Shown: one piece after another, positions 1-14,168 of the stretch
Numbering within the stretch: the stretch's first letter is position 1
Layout: each line of letters begins with the position of its first letter
Notes under the pieces: model-generated
Databases searched by the model: none
The model's input: only the letters and a program-made list of their open reading frames with translations
Told to the model about the DNA's origin: nothing
Origin: Haliotis rufescens
Taxonomy: Eukaryota
Length of the DNA: 64,000 bases
NCBI RefSeq assembly: GCF_023055435.1
Contig: NW_025964361.1
Span: 32,860,001 to 32,924,000, forward strand
Reading direction: 5' to 3'
Program-made: the position numbers and the translations under genes

Positions 1-3000
1 CCACATGGAGGTTCTTGGGTGCAATAGATCCCAGACACCACATGGAGGTTCTTGGATGCAATAGATCCCAGACACCACATGGAGGTTCTTGGGTGCAATA
101 GATCCCAGACACCACATGGAGGTTCTTGGATGCAATAGATCCCAGACACCACATGGAGGTTCTTGGATGCAACAGATTCCAGACACCACATGGAGGTTCT
201 TGGATGCAATAGATCCCAGACACCACATGGAGGTTCTTGGATGCAATAGATCCCAGACACCACATGGAGGTTCTTGGGTGCAATAGATCCCAGACACCAC
301 ATGGAGGTTCTTGGATGCAATAGATCCCAGACACCACATGGAGGTTCTTGGGTGCAATAGATCCCAGACACCACATGGAGGTTCTTGGGTGCAATAGATC
401 CCAGACACCACATGGAGGTTCTTGGATTCAATGGATTCCAGACACCACATGGAGGTTCTTGGATGCAATAGATTCAAGACACCACATGGAGGTTCTTGGG
501 TGCAATAGATCCCAGACACCACATGGAGGTTCTTGGGTGCAATAGATCCCAGACACCACATGGAGGTTCTTGGATGCAATAGATTCCAGACACCCCATGG
601 AGGTTCATGGATGCAATAGGTCCCAGCCACCACATGGAGGTCCAAGGATGCAATAGATTCCAGACACCCCATTGAGGTTCTTGGATGCAATAGGTCCCAG
701 CCACCACATGGAGGTCCTAGGATGCAATAGATTCCAGACACCCCATGGAGGTTCTTGGATGCAATATGTCCCAGACACCCCATAGGGATTCCTGGATGCA
801 ATATGTCCTAGACACCCCATGGGGATTCCTGGATGCAATATGTCCCATACACCCCATGGGGATTCCTGGATGCAATATGTCCTAGACACCCCACAGGGAT
901 TCCTGGATGCAATATGTCCCAGACACCCCATGGGGATTCTTGGATGCAATATGTCCTAGACACCCCATGGGGATTCTTGGATGCAATATGTCCTAGACAC
1001 CCAATGGGGATTCCTGGATGCAATATGTCCCAGACACCCCATGGGGATTATTGGATGCAATATGTCGCAGACACCCCATGGGGATTCTTGGATGCAATAT
1101 GTCCTAGACACCCCACAGGGATTCTTGGATGCAATATGTCCTAGACTACCCATGGGGATTCCTGGATGCAATATGTCCTAGACACCCCACAGGGATTCTT
1201 GGATGCAATATGTCCTAGACACCCCACAGGGATTCTTGGATGCAATATGTCCTAGACACCCCACAGGGATTCTTGGATGCAATATGTCCCAGACACCCCA
1301 TGGGGATTCTTGGATGCAATATGTCCCAGACACCCCATGGGGATTCTTGGATGCAATACGTCCCAGATACTGAGTGGGAATTCTTGGAAGCAATATGTCC
1401 TAGACGCCCCATGGGGATTGTTGGATGCAATATGTCCTAGACTACCCACAGGGATTCTTGGATGCAATATGTCCCAGACACCCCACAGGGATTCTTGGAT
1501 GCAATATGTCTCAGACACCCCACAGGGATTCTTGGATGCAATATGTCCTAGACTACCCGTGGGGATTCCTGGATGCAATATGTCCTAGACACCACACAGG
1601 GATTCTTGGATGCAATATGTCCTAGACATCCCACAGGGATTCTTGGATGCAATATGTCCTAGACATCCCACAGGGATTCTTGGATGCAATATGTCCTAGC
1701 ACCCCACAAGGATTCTTGGATGCAATATGTTCTAGACACCCCATGGGGATTCCTGGATGCAATATGTCCCAGATACTGAGTGGGAATTCTTGGATGCAAT
1801 ATGTCCTAGACGCCCCATGGGGATTGTTGGATGCAATATGTCCTAGACTACCCACAGGGATTCTTGGATGCAATATGTCCCAGACACCCCATGGGGATTC
1901 TTGGATGCAATATGTCTCAGACACCCCATGGGGATTATTGGATGCAATATGTCCCAGACACCCCATGGGGATTCTTGGATGCAATATGTCCTAGACACCC
2001 CACAGGGATTCTTGGATGCAATATGTCCTAGACTACCCGTGGGGATTCCTGGATGCAATATGTCCTAGACACCCCACAGGGATTCTTGGATGCAATATGT
2101 CCTAGACATCCCACAGGGATTCTTGGATGCAATATGTCCTAGACATCCCACAGGGATTCTTGGATGCAATATGTCCTAGACTACCCGTGGGGATTCCTGG
2201 ATGCAATATGTCCTAGACACCACACAGGGATTCTTGGATGGAATATGTCCTAGACATCCCACAGGGATTCTTGGATGCAATATGTCCTAGACATCCCACA
2301 GGGATTCTTGGATGTAATATGTCCTAGACATCCCACAGGGATTCTTGGATGCAATATGTCCTAGACACCCCACAAGGATTCTTGGATGCAATATGTTCTA
2401 GACACCCCATGGGGATTCCTGGATGCAATATGTCCCAGATACTGAGTGGGAATTCTTGGATGCAATATGTCCTAGACGCCCCATGGGGATTGTTGGATGC
2501 AATATGTCCTAGACTACCCACAGGGATTCTTGGATGCAATATGTCCCAGACACCCCATGGGGATTCTTGGATGCAATATGTCTCAGACACCCCATGGGGA
2601 TTATTGGATGCAATATGTCCCAGACACCCCATGGGGATTCTTGGATGCAATATGTCCTAGACACCCCACAGGGATTCTTGGATGCAATATGTCCTAGACT
2701 ACCCGTGGGGATTCCTGGATGCAATATGTCCTAGACACCCCACAGGGATTCTTGGATGCAATATGTCCTAGACATCCCACAGGGATTCTTGGATGCAATA
2801 TGTCCTAGACATCCCACAGGGATTCTTGGATGCAATATGTCCTAGACACCCCACAAGGATTCTTGGATGCAATATGTTCTAGACACCCCATGGGGATTCC
2901 TGGATGCAATATGTCCCAGACACCCCATGGGGATTCTTGGATGCAATATGTCCCAGATACTGAGTGGGAATTCTTGGATGCAATATGTCCTAGACGCCCC

Positions 3001-6000
3001 ATGGGGATTGTTGGATGCAATATGTCCCAGACACCACAAGGGGCTTCTTGGATGCAATATGTCCCAGACACCCCATGGGGATTCTTGGATGCAATATGTC
3101 CCAGATACTTAGTGGGAATTCTTGGATGCAATATGTCCCAGACAACCCATGGAGATTCCTAGAGGCAATATGTCTTAGACACCACAAGGGGATACCTTGA
3201 TGCAATATGTCCTAGACACCCCAAGGGGATTCCTGGATGCAATATGTCCCAGACACCACAAGGGGCTTCTTGGATGCAATATGTTCGAGACACCCCATGG
3301 GGATTCCTGGATGCAATACGTCCTAGACACCCCATGGGGATTCCTGGATGCAATATGTCCCAGGCACTGAGTGGGAATTCTTGGATGCAATATGTGCCAG
3401 ACAACCCATGGAGATTCCTAGAGGCAATATGTCTTAGACACCACAAGGGGATACCTTGATGCAATATGTCCTAGACACCCCAAGGGGATTCCTGGATGCA
3501 ATATGTCCCAGACACCACAAGGGGCTTCTTGGATGCAATATGTCCTAGACACCTCCTGGGGATTCTTGGATGCAATATGTCCCAGACACTGAGTGGGAAT
3601 TCTTGGATGCAATATGTCCCAGACAACCCATGGAGATTCCTAGAGGCAATATGTCTTAGACACCACAAGGGGATACCTTGATGCAATATGTCCTAGACAC
3701 CCCAAGGGGATTCCTGGATGCAATATGTCCCAGACACCACAAGGGGCTTCTTGGATGCAATATGTTCGAGACACCCCATGGGGATTCCTGGATGCAATAT
3801 GTCCCAGACACCCCATGGGGATTCCTGGATGCAATACGTCCTAGACACCCCATGGGGATTCCTGGATGCAATACGTCCTAGACACCCCATGGGGATTCCT
3901 GGATGCTATACGTCCTAGACACCCCAAGGGGATTCCTGGATGCAATATGTCCCAGACACCACAAGGGGCTTCTTGGATGCAATATGTCCTAGACACCTCC
4001 TGGGGATTCTTGGATGCAATATGTCCCAGACACTGAGTGGGAATTCTTGGATGCAATATGTCCCAGACAACCCATGGAGATTCCTAGAGGCAATATGTCT
4101 TAGACACCACAAGGGGATACCTTGATGCAATATGTCCTAGACACCCCAAGGGGATTCCTGGATGCAATACGTCCCAGACACCCCATTGGGATTCCTGGAT
4201 GCAATACGTCCTAGACACCCCATTGGGATTCCTGGATGCAATACGTCCCAGACACCCCATTGGGATTCCTGGATGCAATACGTCCTAGACACCCCATGGG
4301 GATTCCTGGATGCAATACGTCCCAGACACCCCAAGGGGATTCCTGGATGCAATACGTCCTAGACACCCCATTGGGATTCCTGGATGCAATACGTCCCAGA
4401 CACCCCATGGGGATTCCTGGATGCAATACGTCCCAGACACCCCATGGGGATTCCTGGATGCAATACGTCCCAGAAACCCCATGGGGATTCCTGGATGCAA
4501 TACGTCCTAGACACCCCATGGGGATTCCTGGATGCAATACGTCCCAGACACCCCATGGGGATTCCTGGATGCAATACGTCCCAGACACCCCATGGGGATT
4601 CCTGGATGCAATACGTCCTAGACACCCCATGGGGATTCCTGGATGCAATACATCCCAGACACCCCATGGGGATTCCTGGATGCAATACGTCCCAGACACC
4701 CCATGGGGATTCCTGGATGCAATACGTCCTAGACACCCCATGGGGATTCCTGGATGCAATACGTCCCAGACACCCCATGGGGATTCCTGGATGCAATACG
4801 TCCTAGACACCCCATGGGGATTCCTGGATGCAATACGTCCTAGACACCCCATGGGGATTCCTGGATGCAATACGTCCCAGACACCCCATGGGGATTCCTG
4901 GATGCAATACGTCCTAGACACCCCATGGGGATTCCTGGATGCAATACGTCCCAGACACCCCATGGGGATTCCTGGATGCAATACGTCCTAGACACCCCAT
5001 GGGGATTCCTGGATGCAATACGTCCTAGACACCCCATGGGGATTCCTGGATGCAATATGTCCCAGACACCACAAGGGGCTTCTTGGATGCAATATGTCCT
5101 AGACACCTCCTGGGAATTCTTGGATGCAATATGTCCCAGACAACCCATGGAGATTCCTAGAGGCAATATGTCTTAGACACCACAAGGGGATACCTTGATG
5201 CAATATGTCCTAGACACCCCAAGGGGATTCCTGGATGCAATATGTCCCAGACACCACAAGGGGCTTCTTGGATGCAATATGTTCGAGACACCCCATGGGG
5301 ATTCCTGGATGCAATACGTCCTAGACACCCCATGGGGATTCCTGGATGCAATACGTCCTAGACACCCCATGGGGATTCCTGGATGCAATACGTCCTAGAC
5401 ACCCCATGGGGATTCCTGGATGCTATACGTCCTAGACACCCCAAGGGGATTCCTGGATGCAATATGTCCCAGACACCACAAGGGGCTTCTTGGATGCAAT
5501 ATGTCCTAGACACCTCCTGGGGATTCTTGGATGCAATATGTCCCAGACACTGAGTGGGAATTCTTGGATGCAATATGTCCCAGACAACCCATGGAGATTC
5601 CTAGAGGCAATATGTCTTAGACACCACAAGGGGATACCTTGATGCAATATGTCCTAGACACCCCAAGGGGATTCCTGGATGCAATACGTCCCAGACACCC
5701 CATTGGGATTCCTGGATGCAATACGTCCTAGACACCCCATTGGGATTCCTGGATGCAATACGTCCCAGACACCCCATTGGGATTCCTGGATGCAATACGT
5801 CCTAGACACCCCATGGGGATTCCTGGATGCAATACGTCCCAGACACCCCAAGGGGATTCCTGGATGCAATACGTCCTAGACACCCCATGGGGATTCCTGG
5901 ATGCAATACGTCCCAGACACCCCATGGGGATTCCTGGATGCAATACGTCCTAGACACCCCATGGGGATTCCTGGATGCAATACGTCCCAGACACCCCATG

Positions 6001-8770
6001 GGGATTCCTGGATGCAATACGTCCTAGACACCCCATGGGGATTCCTGGATGCAATACGTCCTAGACACCCCATGGGGATTCCTGGATGCAATACGTCCCA
6101 GACAGCCCATGGGGATTCCTGGATGCAATACGTCCTAGACACCCCATGGGGATTCCTGGATGCAATACGTCCTAGACACCCCATGGGGATTCCTGGATGC
6201 AATACGTCCTAGACACCCCATGGGGATTCCTGGATGCAATACGTCCTAGACACCCCATGGGGATTCCTGGATGCAATACGTCCTAGACACCCCATGGGGA
6301 TTCCTGGATGCAATACGTCCTAGACACCCCATGGGGATTCCTGGATGCAATACGTCCTAGACACCCCATGGGGATTCCTGGATGCAATATGTCCCAGACA
6401 CCACAAGGGGCTTCTTGGATGCAATATGTCCTAGACACCTCCTGGGGATTCTTGGATGCAATATGTCCCAGACACTGAGTGGGAATTCTTGGATGCAATA
6501 TGTCCCAGACAACCCATGGAGATTCCTAGAGGCAATATGTCTTAGACACCACAAGGGGATACCTTGATGCAATATGTCCTAGACACCCCAAGGGGATTCC
6601 TGGATGCAATATGTCCCAGACACCACAAGGGGCTTCTTGGATGCAATATGTTCGAGACACCCCATGGGGATTCCTGGATGCAATACGTCCTAGACACCCC
6701 ATGGGGATTCCTGGATGCAATACGTCCCAGACACCCCATGGGGATTCCTGGATGCAATACGTCCCAGACACCCCATGGGGATTCCTGGATGCAATACGTC
6801 CTAGACACCCCATGGGGATTCCTGGATGCAATACGTCCCAGACACCCCATGGGGATTCCTGGATGCAATACGTCCCAGACACCCCATGGGGATTCCTGGA
6901 TGCAATACGTCCTAGACACCCCATGGGGATTCCTGGATGCAATACGTCCCAGACACCCCATGGGGATTCCTGGATGCAATACGTCCTAGACACCCCATGG
7001 GGATTCCTGGATGCAATACGTCCTAGACACCCCATGGGGATTCCTGGATGCAATACGTCCCAGACACCCCATGGGGATTCCTGGATGCAATACGTCCTAG
7101 ACACCCCATGGGGATTCCTGGATGCAATACGTCCCAGACACCCCATGGGGATTCCTGGATGCAATACGTCCTAGACACCCCATGGGGATTCCTGGATGCA
7201 ATACGTCCCAGACACCCCATGGGGATTCCTGGATGCAATACGTCCCAGACACCCCATGGGGATTCCTGGATGCAATACGTCCTAGACACCCCATGGGGAT
7301 TCCTGGATGCAATACGTCCCAGACACCCCATGGGGATTCCTGGATGCAATACGTCCTAGACACCCCATGGGGATTCCTGGATGCAATACGTCCTAGACAC
7401 CCCATGGGGATTCCTGGATGCAATACGTCCCAGACACCCCATGGGGATTCCTGGATGCAATACGTCCTAGACACCCCATGGGGATTCCTGGATGCAATAC
7501 GTCCCAGACACCCCATGGGGATTCCTGGATGCAATACGTCCCAGACACCCCATGGGGATTCCTGGATGCAATACGTCCCAGACACCCCATGGGGATTCCT
7601 GGATGCAATACGTCCTAGACACCCCATGGGGATTCCTGGATGCAATACGTCCCAGACACCCCATGGGGATTCCTGGATGCAATACGTCCTAGACACCCCA
7701 TGGGGATTCCTGGATGCAATACGTCCTAGACACCCCATGGGGATTCCTGGATGCAATACGTCCTAGACACCCCATGGGGATTCCTGGATGCAATACGTCC
7801 TAGACACCCCATGGGGATTCCTGGATGCAATACGTCCCAGACACCCCATGGGGATTCCTGGATGCAATACGTCCCAGACACCCCATGGGGATTCCTGGAT
7901 GCAATACGTCCCAGACACCCCATGGGGATTCCTGGATGCAATACGTCCCAGACACCCCATGGGGATTCCTGGATGCAATACGTCCCAGACACCCCATGGG
8001 GATTCCTGGATGCAATACGTCCCAGACACCCCATGGGGATTCCTGGATGCAATACGTCCCAGACACCCCATGGGGATTCCTGGATGCAATACGTCCTAGA
8101 CACCCCATGGGGATTCCTGGATGCAATACGTCCTAGACACCCCATGGGGATTCCTGGATGCAATACGTCCTAGACACCCCATGGGGATTCCTGGATGCAA
8201 TACGTCCCAGACACCCCATGGGGATTCCTGGATGCAATACGTCCCAGACACCCCATGGGGATTCCTGGATGCAATACGTCCTAGACACCCCATGGGGATT
8301 CCTGGATGCAATACGTCCCAGACACCCCATGGGGATTCCTGGATGCAATACGTCCCAGACACCCCATGGGGATTCCTGGATGCAATACGTCCCAGACACC
8401 CCATGGGGATTCCTGGATGCAATACGTCCCAGACACCCCATGGGGATTCCTGGATGCAATACGTCCCAGACACCCCATGGGGATTCCTGGATGCAATACG
8501 TCCCAGACACCCCATTGGGATTCCTGGATGCAATACGTCCTAGACACCCCATTGGGATTCCTGGATGCAATACGTCCCAGACACCCCATGGGGATTCCTG
8601 GATGCAATACGTCCTAGACACCCCATTGGGATTCCTGGATGCAATACGTCCCAGACACCCCATGGGGATTCCTGGATGCAATACGTCCCAGACACCCCAT
8701 GGGGATTCCTGGATGCAATACGTCCTAGACACCCCATTGGGATTCCTGGATGCAATACGTCCTAGACACC
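1..8770. repeat. 37-bp satellite array (about 237 copies, runs off the left edge)
   Basis: Unit GATGCAATAYGTCCYAGACACCCCATGGGGATTCCTG repeated head-to-tail, with variant domains and higher-order blocks. Confidence 0.98.
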
Positions 8771-8825
8771 AGATTTTCATTCCCTACATCCTCATATTAT
8801 TTTACTATCTCAATGAAACTACACA

Positions 8826-8860
8826 TTGATTGATTGATTGATTGACTGATTGATTGATTG
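8826..8860. repeat. (TGAT)n microsatellite
   Basis: Seen directly. Confidence 0.9.
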
Positions 8861-9641
8861 TCCCTACATCCTCACATGATTTTATTAACTCAAGGAAACT
8901 ACACATGAAAATCACTGTGTTCCCTTCTTTCTAATCTTGATATATTCATTGTCTTACCAATCCTTAATTCTACCTGTTAATCACATCAGTCGAAGTTAAT
9001 GCTTACAGATGCATTGAACAGTTTGATAAAAAAATATATACATACATTGTATATACAAAACATGAAAAATAAAACGCCTCCCATACCACAGTTTTCAAAG
9101 CTTTGAATGAAAATCTAATAATTAATTTATTGCGGCCTATCAGAAGTACCTCATCAACTATGCAGGATTCTTGAATCTGGAAAATGCCAGCACATGTTCG
9201 CACAGATTGTTCCCTTTATCTCATGTATGAGCCATAGCATCTTGTATCGACACAAAGACAAACTGCGATTAAATTCCAAAGATTCATTACAATCTTCAGG
9301 GATTTGTCTAGGATTCCAGGCTGATTGAGAAAAACGTGTTATTTTGTGCAAAATTGGGATTTTTGTAAAATTTCAATTTTATTTTCAGTGGTATTTTAAC
9401 ATCGTGGTGTAACACTGCATTCAATACAACAGTGTAAAATGTAGCCTCACTCTTTGTTTGGTTCTGTTGTCAGTGGAATACAAGTCACCTTGACCAAGTC
9501 ATCACATTAGTTGTAAATATAGTTCCATAGTATTCATGTCCACCAGTAGCAGCACCATCTGGGATGCTTAAAGAAGTACAAATACTGGGCCCTATCACCT
9601 CAATCTCCACAGGTGAACCAACAAGGGATACTTGGAAACTA

Positions 9642-10742
9642 CTGTATTTTCTTGAGTATAGTGCGCACCCAAGTATAATGCGCAACCCCCCTCTAGCGGA
9701 GTCAGTATTTAAAAAAAATATTTTTTTCGAATATTATACCCAGAAACAAATTACACCGTACCACATCAGCTAATTCCGGTAAACGAATGGGTGATAAGAA
9801 ACTTGGTCAGTACAAATTTGTAATTTGAGATAAAAAAATCACCAGACATGTTGATTTACCGTTTAAATTTTTTTTTTTTTCTGCTCGGCATTGTTTTACA
9901 TGCAGGGATTAAGATTACCTTGTGTATTTTCTTGTAAACTAAGCTTGAAACAGCAATCAGCTGTACACACGTTTTCTTGGAATCTACCGGTGATTCGGTT
10001 AAAACCTACCCAATGATATAACTTTTGGTGCAAGGAGCGGGATTTTTTTTATCTCAAACTATTTTTTTATCAGGAATAATATATTCCAATATCATGTTAT
10101 TTTAGTTATAGCTTTTATTGAATGAATAACAAGTATAATAACCCTCAGTGTAGCACTTCGGTGCAGCTGATCGATATTGTCGGTTATTATTTTCACATGG
10201 AACAATTTGACCAGTCACCGTCGAGACTCCTGCGCATGTGATCATGAGAACTACATGTTGACAGAGAATCATCAAACTACAACAAATATGACTTTTAACG
10301 AGTCAAAGTATGTCATTTTATATTTATGTATCTATTCTCTGTCAACTAAAGTTCGTTTCAAGGCACCAATAGCAGTAATCTGACCGTGGGTTCTGTTTTA
10401 ACGGTGAGTTGTGAGATCTCCCGATCGCTTCACACACGATTTCGCAAAAATTAATTAAAACAATATTAAAAGGAATTTTGAATAAAATTTATCAAATATT
10501 AAGTTACTAACATAAATCCAGATATACAATGAACACTTTTTGTAAGCAGTGTAAGATTACATTGTGTACTTCAGTACAGATTTGTTGACATGGTATTTCC
10601 GGTGTTACGTGCTCATGGTAATGTCTTTGGATTGGGGAAAAAACCCATCAAAACGTATTATTGCGTGTATAATGTGCACCCCTTCTACCCAGCTGTGTTT
10701 TTTTTGTGGAAAAAAGTGTGCACTATACTCAAGAAAATACGG
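9642..10742. mobile_element. Non-autonomous Tc1/mariner-pogo type DNA element (about 1.1 kb)
   Basis: TIR CYGTATTTTCTTGAGTATAGTGCRCAC at both ends, TA on each side. Confidence 0.85.
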
Positions 10743-10789
10743 TATTAAGCCCTGGAAGACCTGATGAGTAGACATTAGCAAGGGTACTG

Positions 10790-11630
10790 GGGGAATCCCT
10801 ATTCTGACACTGAATTCCCCATGGGTAGACAAGCAAGGAGGTGGGGACCTATTCTGATGCTGAATTTCCCATGAGTAGACAAGCAAGGGGGTGGGGACCT
10901 ACTCTGACACTGAATGCCCCATGGGTAGACAAGCAAGGGGGTGGGGACCTACTCTGACACTGAATGCCCCATGGGTAGACAAGCAAGGGGGTGGGGACCT
11001 ATTCTGACACTGAATTTCCCATGAGTAGACAAGCAAGGGGGTGGGGACCTACTCTGACACTGAATGCCCCATGGGTAGACAAGCAAGGGGGTGGGGACCT
11101 ACTCTGACACTGAATGCCCCATGGGTAGACAAGCAAGGGGGTGGAGACCTACTCTGACACTGAATGCCCCATGGGTAGACAAGCACTGTGGGGTGGGGAC
11201 CTACTCTGACACTGAATTTCCCATGAGTAGACAAGCAAGGGGGTGGGGACCTATTCTGACACTGAATGCCCCATGGGTAGACAAGCACTGTGGGGTGGGG
11301 ACCTACTCTGACACTGAATGCCCCATGAGTAGACAAGCAAGGGGGTGGGGACCTACTCTGACACTGAATGCCCCATGGGTAGACAAGCAAGGGGGTGGGG
11401 ACCTATTCTGACACTGAATGCCCCATGGGTAGACAAGCAAGGGGGTGGAGACCTACTCTGACACTGAATGCCCCATGGGTAGACAAGCACTGTGGGGTGG
11501 GGACCTACTCTGACACTGAATGCCCCATGGGTAGACAAGCAAGGGGGTGGAGACCTACTCTGACACTGAATGCCCCATGGGTAGACAAGCACTGTGGGGT
11601 GGGTGTGTGGACCTGCTCTGACCCTGAATC
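10790..11630. repeat. 50/52-bp G-rich minisatellite (about 17 copies)
   Basis: Unit CTCTGACACTGAATGCCCCATGGGTAGACAAGCAAGGGGGTGGGGACCTA. Confidence 0.95.
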
Positions 11631-14023
11631 CCTGCACACATGCACTACATCTAATACTGTAATACTGTGTCCGTGACACATTTCAAGCACTGCCCCTGTT
11701 CTGCCTCCCAGTAAAGTAAATAAATCCACATGCAACCTGCATCTACAAGACATCTTGTGCTGCTTAAATGTTTGATTTATCATTTATAACAAGCCATGAC
11801 CTTGTCTGACATCTTTCATTCTTTTTTCATCTTTCTAATCTCATTCCATACAAAGCAACGACTCTCAAGTATTTGAACTATTTGCTTAACCATGGTTAAA
11901 AATGATTTCAGTGGGAGACATACCCCAATATTTTATTATCTGGGCAAGTTCACCTCCTTTTAATGGGAGGGGTTAGTTTGAACAAGCAGCTTTTACCGTG
12001 CACAATTTGTACATTGTATTTACCGTACTTGCCACTTTTCAGGTTTTGATGAGAAAACCTTGGATGTTATGCCACAACACAGAGAGCATTCATCAATGAC
12101 CCCTAAACATTTGTACTGATCACTGGGAGGGAGAGACATACACCGTTGTACACAGTTGTACACAGTTGTACAAAGTTGTTCAACAGACAGACAAAGAGGT
12201 AGACACCATCTGGAAGACACTACCAGCCACAAGGCAACTCTGATAGTCGGGTTTCAATGACCAGGGAGAGTGTGGGGGAACACAAGTACACAAGTAATGT
12301 TCATACTGATAGAAGTGACTTCAAATTGGAAATGTTAGAAACATTTAAACAGTTATTAGATCAACCTGCAGTGTTTTCAACTTTAAGCAATCCCATCTGA
12401 GGATTGTAATGGCTTTACTGAATGTGTACATGAAATTTCATCTATCAAAGTGCTCTTGTCCCAATGATCAAACTATTGTTTGTTTTATTTGTTTGTTTAA
12501 TGCTGCACCAAGCAATGTTCCAACTTTTTGACAACGGATTGTAAAGGATCGAGTCTGGACCAGGCAATCCAGTGACAGATATGGTGATCAACGATCCATG
12601 ACACACTAGCAACAGGTATTGGTACCGCCATTACCAACTTAACATTTCCGGGTTCAGGAACATGCTTGACCAGTCTGTAAACATACAAATATCAAAGATT
12701 TCTTCTATATAAAGTGCCAGAAAAAGATTTTTAAAATTTTAGGCAAATTGATGAAAATGATTTATTCTTATACATTTTAGCAAATAATGACTACAAGACT
12801 AAAATAATATCTGCCACCATGTTTACAATTTCAGACAATAATGTCTTGTAAATATAATAAAAAAGTATGTATCTGACAAGTGATATATATGTATATATGT
12901 TTCTCCATATCTTATATTATGCTTCTTTAACTTCTTCTGTAAATACTCTCTAAATGTTACATTTGTTTATGTCAATTGATTGTGTGTATGTTTACAAAAA
13001 TGCCTCTGGTTTGTAATTGAATGTTTCTTGCAAGAAACACATCTTATATCTTATGCTATCTTAGTGTAAATGTGATATAGAAATATACAAATCTGTTTTA
13101 TTTCATCAGTAAATCGTGTAATTTCTAAGCAACCTTATCCTGCTGCTCTACATCCTGGCTCCATTGGTGAGTGTCTGAAGTGGCTGTTTTTACATAGAGT
13201 ATATTACTGTATATATACACTCTGTGCGCTAAGATAATGGACAAAGGAGGGACATTTCTTAAAACCAGACTCATTTGTTTTCAGAGATCAAATGCTAGTG
13301 ATCAAACTTGGTTAAACATCAATGAAACAAAAACCTTTTCGATAATTTACGAGGCAAATATATACCCCTTCTTCGCTGCTATAAAACAGTGTGTAATATA
13401 CATTATTTTCAGTCTTATTCTAAGTTACTCATAAAGATTACTTACAGATTGGTCTGGATTGGTCAGGGGGCAATTATTACAGTAAATATGGTAGGTGGAT
13501 CAAGAATTTTGAAAGGGATTAGGTGACACAGGAACATTTTCCCCTGTGAATTTCATCTTAATGTTACTTGTGATACATTTGCCATGCCCAAATATCCCCT
13601 TATCATGCCAGTATGTCTGTGTAATGTGTCTATATCAGGTGATAGCAACACATTGTTCTCCAAGTGCTCCGCAGGCACCTCGTGTTGTAATATCAGATAG
13701 TGAGCATCGTGCCATGCTATGACGTTGAAGATAATGAATCTAATACAACACACGGCAGTTAGTGCACGTAGATGTGTATATTTAATCTCTATCGCCTTAT
13801 GATGAATCTTGGCTGAGTAGTCTAGTATACTAGTCATAAAGCCAAGTGCCCACTAGACACAACAAGTCTTACACATCACTAGTCCTCTACATACCAGTAT
13901 TGCCTACTGCTTTAAAACAATTACCTCTTAGGGCAAGTATGTCTCAAAGACTTCTTTGAATTGTTTTTTTTTAAGGAAAGAATGAATACTGGTCTGTGAA
14001 TACGATTCATGAAAACAGTTAAG

Positions 14024-14168
14024 TAGACTAACATTTAGTCTCTGAAATCTTATATTACACAATATCCTTCTTGACTCTAAAAATAAAAAAAATTTCCCTA
14101 TGTGGAATAGAACTAGCTTGAGCTGGCTAGACTGGCTAAATATATTCCACGGTCATGGTGCAGGACTA
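14024..14168. mobile_element. Short non-autonomous element with TAG..CTA termini and 9-bp TSD (copy 1)
   Basis: TSD ACAGTTAAG at 14015-14023 and 14169-14177; homologous to 63350-63536. Confidence 0.85.

Noticed and set aside
1-8770. CRISPR array (37-bp palindromic repeats) or repetitive protein ORFs
   Set aside because: Units are contiguous with no unique spacers and there are no cas genes. ORFs occur in all six frames only because of the repeat period.
12043-13130. Plus-strand terminal exon and 3'UTR of an upstream gene
   Set aside because: There is an acceptor-like ttttcag and an AATAAA, but only short unrecognisable frames; not enough support.
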